Assembly (NCBI GenBank): GCA_965204725.1
Contig: OZ242005.1
Span: forward strand, 2,624,001-2,688,000
Source: Candidatus Latescibacterota bacterium
GTDB lineage: Bacteria > Latescibacterota > UBA2968 > UBA8231
DNA: 64,000 nt
Direction of reading: 5' to 3'
This document shows, one piece after another, positions 10,901 through 19,521 of this stretch (the first letter of the stretch is position 1; every line of letters starts with the position of its first letter). Under the pieces are notes generated by a model. That model was not told the origin of the DNA and did no database searches. It saw nothing but the letters and a program-made list of their open reading frames with translations. Position numbers and translations under genes: made by a program.

Positions 10901-11049
10901 GTCTCGACGACGATGCGGCTATTGGTAACCCGATGTCCTTTGCTGCGCTGAGCGAGTGCTTCGCGTCCGCCAGCGAGCAGGCCTAGGCAAAAAATTAAGG
11001 CGCAGAACAGAGGCGACGACTGGACGAGCCGTTTGCTGGAATGTCCCAT
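7945..11049 (-). CDS. Large secreted protein with discoidin/F5-8-like segment and C-terminal FTPNGD/FlgD-Ig-like domain
   Basis: ATG at 11049 follows AGGAGG; signal peptide ..REALA-Q. Contains NILDGDPSTYW..WWIEVDLGR. The C-terminus has PNPFTPNGDGIND..VYTLAGR..WDG..VPPGLYL. Confidence 0.8.
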   Translation of the reverse strand: MGHSSKRLVQSSPLFCALIFCLGLLAGGREALAQRSKGHRVTNSRIVVETAEHWRNWQLPVHAVDVIPEGGVRPHRSRQRYNILDDQDTFTRPLTEFRRRKNQHATLNIDSTVTVDVKGNVITDRKDNPLYTYFARPGISRVGSNPQAAKNILDGDPSTYWEPDRNDPLKDWWIEVDLGRVVAVDEILLHFVGAALGDPFLRFRVLTAPDQEAILEDADEVELSRIGGTQAPNRDQRDFSFALEQPKSSASWRGRLVQTIRIVVTDTRAGRGAEVNEEQWLALDPSDRGDILYFVKDRQGFEERLDQSRLQEPVETFYDNLPPARRGAKKFFVRERPRLADIEVWGFGDNISPGIVEGGGSLFLSGENFAPGPGFDGDYNTNFLHLVWSPLIERGVLTVDMGASFFLDAIAVSASGRRRVIDGYIMRGSDGSRDSSGRLKWHRISPRAREDNSVDLYEHLLDTYDGIELRFLEMTIVSVDPRRRGGYNTGADIGEYQIFSQGYPAEVVLTSDLIELPAARSFGRITYESEVPPGTNLEIRTRSGDLLGKTIRYFDKSGTELTFDAWDSLLRSYKGPIDTSFVPTSGWSPYSRAYQQSGDRVTSPGLRQFLQIQVKMETTDRNIAAAIHSINIELVNPVVSNIVAELWPLEVKVPGRIDTFEVFVQSQFIESPASSRSVGFDEILLVMPPSQALQLLEVGIQDSAVGAERIFSPAGDPTAFADGGRSQLELLSPSADSLWVRLPESLNAPVDAPRTYHRRTAEGDQVPVTADGLPLTDAAYGLLEVEEQGDIRYFRRTVDAQGAHILSEVSKVAYQALEADQQGPIRYFRILRGDGAQFPFDAVGDSLDRTAYNRMPTSARGTVVAAGPLMRLRFAAPVFVNGTTLGLAVRNTGGGANMAAPWQSVEAGDATARIGSNTLSINLPLNAKAVDEFRIAPNPFTPNGDGINDATEIHFSVFKLTAPRRARVRVYTLAGRPVWEHVQRLQSGRFSTRWDGTNLNGRKVPPGLYLCQVNLDVDRGSRSATRARLLSIAY

Positions 11050-11189
11050 AGCGACCTCCTGATTGGGCAGGCGGCGGGTCTCCACTCGACGGGCCGAGTG
11101 GCCTTGGCCCATTGAGCTTGTGTGTAGAATACCAATTTGGCAAGGCTGCGTAAATAGATCGCGTCAACATCGAGATTGAGCAGCCACCC

Positions 11190-12833
11190 TTAGCGTCGCA
11201 GGAGACTGTCGGGCACGGCTTCGCGCAGGCGCACTGAGTCGATCTGGATCTGGGCCGCGTACTGTTCTCGCAATTTCTCCAACAGGGCTTGCAGGTGCCA
11301 GTGCTCCCGCTCTCGGCGCAACAGGGCCGCGGCCCGCTTCCGAACCTGTTCGTAAGGTTCGATGGAGGCCTCCTCACGGTCGAGTACGCGAAAGAGGGAA
11401 AAGCCTCCCTCAACGGCCACGGGGCCGACGAGCTCGCCCTCGGATGCGTCCTCAATCGCCGCCATCAGTTTGGGATAGATGGCATACTCTAGCGGATGGA
11501 AGTGGAATCGATTGGCTTTCTCAACAGCGTCCGACCGCAGGCTTTCACCCGCTAGGTCGGCGAAGGGCGTGCCACTTTCTAGCTGCGCTCTCTTTTTTTC
11601 GGCCTCGTCGGCACTGGGCAGGAGTAATTCCTCAACCCACACGGCCGGCTCGTGGCTAAAAACCTCGGGATGGCTTTCGTAGTAGCGGCGCACATCCGCC
11701 TCGGCTATAGCCAGCTTCCGGGCTATGGCCTCTTTGAGACCGTCGAGCAAGACTTCCTCTTCTTTGGTCTCTTTTAGCTGATAGATCGCGGGTTTTTCGT
11801 AGTAGCCGGCTCGCCGGGCGGCCTCTTGGATGAGGAAGGGATTCAGCACGATGCGTTTGAGCGTGGCGGCGGCCTGAACGCCATCGGCGAAGCCGAAGCC
11901 GATATGCTGCTCTTGCAAAACCTTCACGGCTGCGGCCACGGTGATCTCGCCCTCGTCAAAAGTATATAGGGGAAGCGATTCTGTGGTCAGCGAAGAGAGA
12001 TCCTGTAGGCGATAGGCGGTTACCAGCGGCTGCAGGGCCTCTTCAGTTAGCCGCACTTCAAAGGCGTTCTGGAGCAACTCGAGGTGTTCCTTTGTGGCTT
12101 GGGTAGAGCGCTCCGCAAAGAGCCGCCTTTGGATGGAGTCGCGATACTTGTCGTAGGCGGCAGGACGTTCTGCGGTGAAGCGCACGATGTTCCAGAACTT
12201 GCCCGTGTACACAGGTTGCGAGATCGCGCCGAGGGGGAGGGTGCGGAAAACCTCTGGTGGGATGTGAATCCGCGGTGCCATGTCGCGCCCGATGAACCCC
12301 AACTCGCCGCCTTGGCGGGCCGAGCGCACATCGCTAGAGTGGGCCGCGGCTACTTCTGCAAAGGGTCGCCCGGCGCGCAGTTGGGCCAAAACCGAATCGG
12401 CCTCCGTCTGGCTCTCTACCAGTATGCCGCTGACTTTGCGCTCTATACCATACCCTTCGGCGTCGAAATAAGCGCGAATCTCGTCTGCGGAAATTGCGAT
12501 TGCATCCGTGATCTCGCGGGCTCGATAGAGGGCCCGAACTCGGTTGTCGATTGCGTCCTGAACCGTTGCGCGCACGGCCTGCGTGGTATCGATCCCGCGG
12601 GAACGGGCTTCCATCAGCAACAGCCGGGCGTCGATCATGGTCTGAAGATAGTATCGCCGGGCTTGGTCGGCGGTCTGTGAAGGGGGTCTGCTCCCCGACC
12701 ATTCGGCGACAAAACTCTTCAGCGCAGCGGCCGTGATGCGGTACGGCCCTACTTCCGCTACGGGCGGTTCCCGCAAGAGACCGCAGCCACTTGCCGCGCC
12801 CACGCAGGCGACCCACAGGTAGCGCAGCAGCAT
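11190..12833 (-). CDS. PpiC/SurA-type peptidyl-prolyl isomerase lipoprotein (two parvulin domains)
   Basis: Lipobox-like MLLRYLWVACVGAASGC; parvulin motif FAEVAAAHSSD..GGELGF; second domain FADLA..GELVGPV. The start was chosen from the signal peptide. Confidence 0.8.
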   Translation of the reverse strand: MLLRYLWVACVGAASGCGLLREPPVAEVGPYRITAAALKSFVAEWSGSRPPSQTADQARRYYLQTMIDARLLLMEARSRGIDTTQAVRATVQDAIDNRVRALYRAREITDAIAISADEIRAYFDAEGYGIERKVSGILVESQTEADSVLAQLRAGRPFAEVAAAHSSDVRSARQGGELGFIGRDMAPRIHIPPEVFRTLPLGAISQPVYTGKFWNIVRFTAERPAAYDKYRDSIQRRLFAERSTQATKEHLELLQNAFEVRLTEEALQPLVTAYRLQDLSSLTTESLPLYTFDEGEITVAAAVKVLQEQHIGFGFADGVQAAATLKRIVLNPFLIQEAARRAGYYEKPAIYQLKETKEEEVLLDGLKEAIARKLAIAEADVRRYYESHPEVFSHEPAVWVEELLLPSADEAEKKRAQLESGTPFADLAGESLRSDAVEKANRFHFHPLEYAIYPKLMAAIEDASEGELVGPVAVEGGFSLFRVLDREEASIEPYEQVRKRAAALLRREREHWHLQALLEKLREQYAAQIQIDSVRLREAVPDSLLRR

Positions 12834-12927
12834 CGGCCCGTTTTTGGCGGGATGTCGGGGCATAGTATCGGCACTTGGGCGAGATAGTATTTTAAGGCGG
12901 CGCAGCACAACGACGACGCATTCGGCT

Positions 12928-14487
12928 TTACTCCGCGTCCTTCCCCTTGCCGCGGTGATCTCTTTGCAAAAAGGCGTTGGCCCAAGCACTCGTGCCCTGT
13001 AAGGCCGCGTCCTTGATGACAGCCGAGTCGCCGAGCATTTGTTCCTCTTCGCCATAGGCTTTGAGGCGGTCGTACGCACGCACCCAGATACAGTCTTTGT
13101 CGCCGACTTCGCACTGGCCTTGGCGCGTACCGCCGCAGGGGCCGTTGCGCTGGTTTTTGACGCACTGGGACTCGGGGCACAAATAGGCTATGTCCGGCAG
13201 CGAGCAGTCGCCGCAGTCGCGGCAGTCAAAAGCGGCGATTTTGAGCGCGTGCTCCACGGCGTGCAGGGGCTTTTGCAGTTTCCCGCCCTCAACTTGGCGC
13301 GACAGGGCCGCTCCGAGGCGAAACAGGGCCTGGCCTCGCTCAAAGACGCGGTCGTGGATCTGGCGATTGATCCGGTACGGTAGGGAGGCTTTTTGCCGGC
13401 TGCTGGGCGTCTTTGAGTCGAGATAGGCTGGGTTGACTTGGGTGGAGGCTAGGCCGGTGTCGGGGTCTTGGGCAAAATAGAAGAATTCCCCGGGGCGCGA
13501 GTAGCAAATCTGGCGGGCAAAATCGCGCCAGTCGTCGGCCGCGTACTGGGCGGCTAGTTCCAAAATGCGGCCGTATTCCTCGGCGTTGATGTGCCCCCCC
13601 AAGTACACGCCGCGGTAGCCCAGCCCCCGGGCAATGGCGCACTGCCGGGCCGCGAATTCGAGGAAGAAGGCTTTGCCCTTGTCCGGGGATGCGGCCTGCT
13701 TCTGCGCGAGGGCGAGCAATTCGTCGGTGACTTCGACGCCGGGGATGCGGCCGGCGTGAAAAAATCGGGCCACGCCCCCAGACAAGACAAAGACATTGGC
13801 GATGACCGGAACTTGGAGGTCGTGCAGGGTTAGGTACTTGAGCAGCTCGTCCTGCTTGCGGGCGTCGTAGCCGATTTGGCTGATGATGAAGCGAGCGCCG
13901 GTGCGGATCTTTTTGGCCAGCTTGAAATACTGTGGCATGACCTCGGATTCGAGCCGCTTGTGGTTGTTGACTACGGCGCCGAGATAAAAGCGGGTGGGGT
14001 TTAAGGGGCGCGGCTTGCGGCCCGGCGCGGCCTCGGCAAAACGCCCCTCGTTCATGTCGGAGAGCAATTGCAACAAGCCGACTGAATCCACATCGAATAC
14101 GCCGCTGGCTTGGCCTTGATACCCGGCGATGGGGTAATCGCCCGACAGGGTGAGGATATTGTCGAAGCCCCCATTGGCCAGCTTCCAGGCTTGGCCCAGC
14201 AGCCCGTTGCGGTTGAAATCCTTGCAGGAGAGGTGGATGATGACCTCTTGGCCCCCCTCCTTGAGCGGCGTGCCCAGCGCGTCCGCGGCGAGCATGGGAT
14301 TGCCGCCGGGATTGTCGGTAATCGAGAGCGCGTCAATGCGCGAATCGGCCGCTAGGCAGCGGGCCATCTCCAGCACGCGCTTACCGCCGCGGTCGGCTAA
14401 GGTGCCCCGCGACGTAACCAGCTCGACGCAGGTGATAAAGCGGTCGGTCTCTTCGAGCAGGTGGCGCAGGGTGGCGGCGTTCTGCAT
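12928..14487 (-). CDS. metF: Methylenetetrahydrofolate reductase (MetF) fused to a C-terminal MetV-like Cys-rich domain
   Basis: SITDNPGG, HLSCKDFN, LSGDYP, KKIRTGARFIISQ. C-terminal CRDCGDC..CPESQCVKNQRNGPCGG..CEV..CIW. Confidence 0.85.
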   Translation of the reverse strand: MQNAATLRHLLEETDRFITCVELVTSRGTLADRGGKRVLEMARCLAADSRIDALSITDNPGGNPMLAADALGTPLKEGGQEVIIHLSCKDFNRNGLLGQAWKLANGGFDNILTLSGDYPIAGYQGQASGVFDVDSVGLLQLLSDMNEGRFAEAAPGRKPRPLNPTRFYLGAVVNNHKRLESEVMPQYFKLAKKIRTGARFIISQIGYDARKQDELLKYLTLHDLQVPVIANVFVLSGGVARFFHAGRIPGVEVTDELLALAQKQAASPDKGKAFFLEFAARQCAIARGLGYRGVYLGGHINAEEYGRILELAAQYAADDWRDFARQICYSRPGEFFYFAQDPDTGLASTQVNPAYLDSKTPSSRQKASLPYRINRQIHDRVFERGQALFRLGAALSRQVEGGKLQKPLHAVEHALKIAAFDCRDCGDCSLPDIAYLCPESQCVKNQRNGPCGGTRQGQCEVGDKDCIWVRAYDRLKAYGEEEQMLGDSAVIKDAALQGTSAWANAFLQRDHRGKGKDAE

Positions 14488-14494
14488 GGCTTGG

Positions 14495-16387
14495 TTAGAC
14501 CGAGGCCGCGGTCAGGTTACAGGGCATGGGTTTGAATTGGCAACCCTCGACGAAGAGTTCAAAAAAGTCGGGGGTCGTCTCCAACTCGACATGCTCAATG
14601 CGCTTGGCCAGCGCTTCGATGCGGGCGCGTTTGCCAGCCGAGAGCAGCACTTCGCGCGCCCCTTGGACAGCGGCATTGCCCACCTTGGCGATTTGCGCTG
14701 GGGGTACGGGGGCCAAAAAGCCGATGTCAATGGCGGCTTGGACATCGACAAAGTTGGCAAAGCCGCCGGCGAGATAGAGCTGTTGCACGTCGCCCGGCGC
14801 GAGGCCCAAGGTCCGCAAGACGATGTACTGACCGCAGAAGTTGGCGGCTTTGGCTTGGGCTAGGTTTGAAGCGTCGAGGCGCGAGAAGGTGATGCCGCGC
14901 TCGGGGACGAGCTCAAACTGGCGCTTTTTGTCGGCAAAGACGCCCTTGGGGGTCATTAAGTCGTGGCGGCGCAACTCGGCGAGGAGGTCAATTAGCCCGG
15001 AGCCGCACAGCCCGGCCGGCGCGGTGTTGCCAATGGTTTTCCACTGCCAGCGCGCACCGTCCCAGCGGATGGATTCAATGGCTCCGTCGCACCCGGGCAT
15101 CCCATAGGTGATGCCGCCGCCCTCAAAGGCCGGGCCGGCCGGGCAAGAGGCCGCGACGAGACGGCCTTGGTGCGCGACGACGACTTCGGTGTTGGTCCCC
15201 ACATCGACCAGCATCGCGCTCTCACTGGAAAGGTCCATATCAACGGCGACTAGGTCGGCGGCCACGTCCGCGCCGACGTGGCTGGCGATTAGCGGTAGCG
15301 AGTACGCCCGCGCTTTGGGATTGGCCTTCAGACCGAGGCGGCGGGTCTTTTCGACTAGGCTGGTCGCGGTGCGCTCGCCGCTTAGATATGCGTGCTCAAT
15401 GCGCGACTTGTAGGGCTTTTGGCCAATGCTCTGCACGTCGAGGCGGAAGAGGATGTCGCGCATCGTCGAGTTGCCGGCGACCGCGATCTCGTAAATCTCC
15501 TGCCGCACAAAGCCGCCGCGCCGGCAGAGGCCCTCGATCTCGTGGTTAAGGGCCTTGACCAAGGCTTGGCGCAATTCGCCGGGGTGTTGCCCGTCGTAGG
15601 AAATGCGGTGCATGATGTCGCTGCCGCCAAAGCGCTGTGGGTTTTCAAACGCGCTCAAATGCACGCTCTCACCCGTCTCTAAATCGACTAGGTCGAGGAC
15701 AATGGTGGTGGTGCCCAAGTCAATGGCGAGGCCGTAGAGATGGCCGCGGTATTGGTCGATTTCCTCGTCGCCGTAGTAGATGGCTTGCCCGCGCCGCTGG
15801 ACTATCGGGTCGATCTCGGCGGGCCGCTCAACGGTTTGGGTTAGAATCCGGGGCGTGCGAAAAAGCGGTGCAAACTCGATATCCACATCGGCGTCTGCGA
15901 CTTGGGCTTGGCAGGCGAGCCGGAACTCGCCGCGGAGGAAGTCCTCGGCCGGCGTGGGCGCGTTGAGGGCCTGTGCCCCGCTTGTGACCTCGACGATGCA
16001 CTCGTGGCAGTGGCCCGTGCGCCCGCAGGAGGTCGGCACTCGCGCACCGAGTTGATCGGCGTAGTCGAAGAGGGTGCCGCCGGTCGATAGTGGGTACGAG
16101 GTGCCGTCGCAGCGGATGTGCCCGCGGCCGGTTGCGGCCGGGCGTTGAGCCGACTCCCAAGCCGAGCGATAGTCGAGCTGGTCGTCGCCGCCGCACTGGA
16201 ACAGCCCGCCCGGGTTTTGCGGCTTGCGCTGATTGCGGCAGCCAAAGTGGGCGGTGCATTGGTCAAAGCGGTTCTTGTACGGGCAGCGGAAGGTCGCCTG
16301 TTCGTCGGCATGGGTGGCGATGCCGGCGAGGATGCCCGACAGGCGGTCGAGACGCTTTTGGTATTCTTGGGGGTCGATTTGGGTCAT
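14495..16387 (-). CDS. Reductive activator of corrinoid proteins (RACo/RamA/AcsV-like; [2Fe-2S] + ASKHA/DUF4445)
   Basis: CGRTGHCHEC..RLACQ ferredoxin; AIDLGTTT, NPQRFGGSDIMHRI, DVGTNTE, CPAGPAFEG, GLCGSG, LAGGFA, GNAA. Confidence 0.9.
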   Translation of the reverse strand: MTQIDPQEYQKRLDRLSGILAGIATHADEQATFRCPYKNRFDQCTAHFGCRNQRKPQNPGGLFQCGGDDQLDYRSAWESAQRPAATGRGHIRCDGTSYPLSTGGTLFDYADQLGARVPTSCGRTGHCHECIVEVTSGAQALNAPTPAEDFLRGEFRLACQAQVADADVDIEFAPLFRTPRILTQTVERPAEIDPIVQRRGQAIYYGDEEIDQYRGHLYGLAIDLGTTTIVLDLVDLETGESVHLSAFENPQRFGGSDIMHRISYDGQHPGELRQALVKALNHEIEGLCRRGGFVRQEIYEIAVAGNSTMRDILFRLDVQSIGQKPYKSRIEHAYLSGERTATSLVEKTRRLGLKANPKARAYSLPLIASHVGADVAADLVAVDMDLSSESAMLVDVGTNTEVVVAHQGRLVAASCPAGPAFEGGGITYGMPGCDGAIESIRWDGARWQWKTIGNTAPAGLCGSGLIDLLAELRRHDLMTPKGVFADKKRQFELVPERGITFSRLDASNLAQAKAANFCGQYIVLRTLGLAPGDVQQLYLAGGFANFVDVQAAIDIGFLAPVPPAQIAKVGNAAVQGAREVLLSAGKRARIEALAKRIEHVELETTPDFFELFVEGCQFKPMPCNLTAASV

Positions 16388-16399
16388 GGACAGGCGTCG

Positions 16400-16726
16400 T
16401 TATCGCTCAGCAGTGCATTGTGGCAATGGCTCGATCTGAGCCAGTTCGTCTCGATATTGCTGCTCCAACTCCCAAATATCTCTGGCGTGTTGGGCCTTCA
16501 GCCAAAACTCAGGAGAGTTCCCGAACAAACGGGATAGTTTCAAGGCCATGATGGACGAAATAGCGCACTGCTCTTGCAAAAGTTCGCGGACGGTCTGTCG
16601 AGATTCACCCAACTCAGCGGCCAAAGAGTCTGCCGTTAGTGTGTAGTCGGGAAGAAAATCTTCTCTTAGCATCGCCCCAGGATGCGTGGGCGGGATGGTG
16701 CGTTTTTGAGCATTCGCAATAGCCAT
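16400..16726 (-). CDS. higA: HigA-family addiction-module antitoxin (no HigB partner visible)
   Basis: PTHPGAMLREDFL..MALKLSRLFGNSPEFWL-x-x-Q signature. Confidence 0.85.
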   Translation of the reverse strand: MAIANAQKRTIPPTHPGAMLREDFLPDYTLTADSLAAELGESRQTVRELLQEQCAISSIMALKLSRLFGNSPEFWLKAQHARDIWELEQQYRDELAQIEPLPQCTAER

Positions 16727-16759
16727 TCGTCTGTATAGATCCGTTGGAGTTCCTTTGAC

Positions 16760-17125
16760 TCAGGCCATTTGATTTTTTTTGGGCGCGACCGATCGCGGCG
16801 ATAAAACCAAGGATATTCGATGTAAAAGCTCATGTAGCTCTTCGGCGATCTCTGGATGTGGATTTTGATTGAGGGCTTGGGTTGCGATCTCCTTAGCCTT
16901 TTGCGGCTGGTTACAGTCCAATGCAAGCGTCGCAGCACTGCGGTGTAGCACCGAGTTCGTCGGCTCGATTCGTCCCTCTACTTCTAATTGAGCGATCGCC
17001 GCAAGTTCGTATTCCAATGCTTGCACAAAAAATTCATGTGCCTGTGCTCGCTGGCCTTGGATACGCGCTACAAAAGCGCGTTCGGCAAACTCCATAGCCT
17101 TATTGTGGAAATCGCGAACATTCAT
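16760..17125 (-). CDS. Small helical (TPR-like) hypothetical protein
   Basis: 121 aa, all-helical pattern (HNKAMEFAERA..LHRSAATLALDC..HPEIAEEL); 4-nt ATGA overlap with the upstream gene. Confidence 0.7.
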   Translation of the reverse strand: MNVRDFHNKAMEFAERAFVARIQGQRAQAHEFFVQALEYELAAIAQLEVEGRIEPTNSVLHRSAATLALDCNQPQKAKEIATQALNQNPHPEIAEELHELLHRISLVLSPRSVAPKKNQMA

Positions 17126-17637
17126 TTTTTCTGCACCTCAGCAAGGGGTCGTCCAAACTCAACTACGATTACGTACGCTGGTAATAGCCCGTCAGATCGG
17201 TCTGTTTGTCTTAGCTTCTGCCTCATTCTCGCTTGCACATCGCGGTCACTACCCTTGCGAATCCCCGATATTTCCAGCCGAGCTTCGTGCTGAAAAGGGG
17301 CATCTGTCCCTTCGCCCATCCAGTAGTCAAAGCCAGTACCTTTCCACGAACGCTCGAGCACTGTATAACCGATCTCCTTCTTCACCAGTAAAACCGCAAT
17401 ACCCACCGCACCGTGTTCAGTGGCAATCTCATGGTCATTCCAACACCTGCGGGTTTGTTCCGTAATTATAGGCCATGTCAAGGAATAGCTTTTATAGCTA
17501 TATCCTCGGACGCTAAGTTGGACACCTTGCGCGTGGCCTTGTGACTCCAAACATACGCCTCCGGCCTCTGCCAGTGCCATGCCAAAGCTCGGCGTGATAG
17601 CCGGAAGGCCATTACCAAGATCGTTCAAATCTAGCAT
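17122..17637 (-). CDS. Hypothetical protein, possible restriction-endonuclease-like (PD-(D/E)xK) fold
   Basis: 171 aa; E..GTGFDYW..ARLEISG spacing resembles nuclease acidic motifs; AT-richer than the flanks. Confidence 0.55.
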   Translation of the reverse strand: MLDLNDLGNGLPAITPSFGMALAEAGGVCLESQGHAQGVQLSVRGYSYKSYSLTWPIITEQTRRCWNDHEIATEHGAVGIAVLLVKKEIGYTVLERSWKGTGFDYWMGEGTDAPFQHEARLEISGIRKGSDRDVQARMRQKLRQTDRSDGLLPAYVIVVEFGRPLAEVQKK

Positions 17638-17710
17638 AACTGAGATTGTGGTTCTCTACTTTAGCAGTTCCTTTTGAGTCATAGGAGGCTGGGCGCATTA
17701 GCGGGGTGCG

Positions 17711-18466
17711 CTACTCGTCCGCAACTTCGCTCAGCAATTCCTTGGCCAAGGACACGCAGGCGAGGGCGTCCTTGCCGTAGCCGTCGGCGCCCATGTCGTC
17801 GGCAAATTCTTGGGTCACAGGCGCGCCGCCGACCATGATTTTGACGTCGTCGCGCAAGTCGGCGTCGATGAAAGCCTCAATGGTCTTGCCCATGTTGGGC
17901 ATGGTGGTGGTCAACAGGGCCGACATGCCCAAGAGCGGCGCTTCGTGCTCTTCGACCGAGTCGATGAACTCGTCTTCGGAGGTATCGACGCCGAGGTCGT
18001 GGACGACAAAGCCGGCCCCGCGCAGCATCATAATGCACAAGTTTTTGCCGATGTCGTGCAGATCGCCCTTGACCGTGCCCATGATCACAATGCCGATGGG
18101 CTCGACGCCCGAGGCCGAGAGAATCGGCTCGATGTGAGCCATGCCGGCCTTCATGGCGCGGGCGCAGGCGAGCACTTCGGGAACGAAGATGAAGTTTTCG
18201 CGGAATTTGATGCCGACGATGGCCATGCCAGCAATCAGCCCGTCGTCCATGACTTCGAGGGCCTCCACGCCCGCGGCAATGGCTTGGCCGGTCAGCTCGT
18301 CAACCGTTTGGTGGTTGCCGTCGATGAGCGCGGCGGCGATATCCTGCATCGGTTCGCTCGCTTGGGCGAATAGATTGGTTATGCGCTCGCGCTCTTCGTC
18401 GCGCTCGATGAACTCCTCGATCTCGGCGCGGATAAATTCGTTGGCGATGTCGGTAAGGTCTGCCAT
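17711..18466 (-). CDS. Corrinoid (B12-binding) methyl-carrier protein, MtaC/MttC type
   Basis: Cap domain (IFVPEVL..ARAMKAG), GTVKGDLHDIGKNL (DxHxxG), SALLTTT, VGGAPVT. Confidence 0.93.
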   Translation of the reverse strand: MADLTDIANEFIRAEIEEFIERDEERERITNLFAQASEPMQDIAAALIDGNHQTVDELTGQAIAAGVEALEVMDDGLIAGMAIVGIKFRENFIFVPEVLACARAMKAGMAHIEPILSASGVEPIGIVIMGTVKGDLHDIGKNLCIMMLRGAGFVVHDLGVDTSEDEFIDSVEEHEAPLLGMSALLTTTMPNMGKTIEAFIDADLRDDVKIMVGGAPVTQEFADDMGADGYGKDALACVSLAKELLSEVADE

Positions 18467-18476
18467 GATCTCTTCT

Positions 18477-19511
18477 TTAGTTACGCGCTCGACCCCGGTG
18501 CCACTCTAGCACCGTGCGGGGGATGGCTTTGAGGTTTTCGATGGAGGTCTGCAAGGGGATGGCGCACTCCGGGCCGATGAGCTGGACGCCGGCTTCGAGG
18601 TTGCGCACGACTTCGGCACCAACGGTTTCCGGCCCTTTGGCAAAGAGGGTCTCGGGGTTGTTGATGTTGCCGACTAACGAGATGCGGTCGCGCACGATTT
18701 GGGTGGATTCCTCGGGCGTGTTCTTGGAGTCGTAGTGGAAGGCCGCCATGCCGGTTTGGGCGATGTACTCCATGCGGTCCACCGTGCGGCCGCAGATGTG
18801 GAGGATGATGGGCACGGACAGCCGCTCGGCAAACTCAATGTGCAGGTCGCGCAGGTAGCGCTTGTAGTAGTCGCCGCTGACGAGGTCGCCGGTGGCGTGG
18901 TCGGGCAGGGTCAGCGCGTCGGCCCCGGCCTCAATTTGCGCTAGGCCAAACTCAATGGTGATCTCCTTCATGCGGTCGAGGCAGAGCTTGGTCTTGCCGG
19001 GGTCGTCGAGCGACAGCAGCAGAAAAGGCTCGACCCCGAAGCAGTGATAGCCCAGCGACCAAGGGCCCATGGTCTTGCCGACAATCGCGACTTCGTCGCC
19101 GTATTCGCGGCGCAAAATTTTGATCGCCTCGGTGACGCAGGCCGTGTCTGGGTGCGTACAGAGGTCGGCGGGGACGACGATGTCGTCGGGCTCGTGCCAG
19201 ATCGGCTCGCTCATGCGGACGGTGGGCCAATTGTCCTTCTGCTCCCACTGAATTTTGCATCCGAGGGCCGAGGACTCTTGGATGATGGTGAAAACCGGCA
19301 TGATGGTGTCAAAGCCCAGCTCGGTGTAGCTGGTCGCGGCCAGCCGCGCCATGAGTTCAGGCTCGCGGTTGGCCGCGGGAAAGGGGGCATCGACGAGGTC
19401 CATCAATTCAACGGTGGCCACCGAGGTCGGATTGCAGAGCGGGGTGCGGTCCACAGGCTCGCGGGCGAGGGCGGCGAGGACGCGCTCGCGGCTGGTCATC
19501 GAAGAGGGCAT
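18477..19511 (-). CDS. MtaA/CmuA-family (UroD-fold) corrinoid methyltransferase
   Basis: MTSRERVLAAL, GPWSL, QIEAGAD, Zn-binding ILHICG and GPECAIP. ATG at 19511 follows AAAGGAG. Confidence 0.88.
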   Translation of the reverse strand: MPSSMTSRERVLAALAREPVDRTPLCNPTSVATVELMDLVDAPFPAANREPELMARLAATSYTELGFDTIMPVFTIIQESSALGCKIQWEQKDNWPTVRMSEPIWHEPDDIVVPADLCTHPDTACVTEAIKILRREYGDEVAIVGKTMGPWSLGYHCFGVEPFLLLSLDDPGKTKLCLDRMKEITIEFGLAQIEAGADALTLPDHATGDLVSGDYYKRYLRDLHIEFAERLSVPIILHICGRTVDRMEYIAQTGMAAFHYDSKNTPEESTQIVRDRISLVGNINNPETLFAKGPETVGAEVVRNLEAGVQLIGPECAIPLQTSIENLKAIPRTVLEWHRGRARN

Positions 19512-19521
19512 ATAGACTCCT

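Noticed and set aside
16666-16938. Possible HigB toxin upstream of higA
   Set aside because: This alternative-frame ORF overlaps 16760..17125 and lacks RelE/HigB features.
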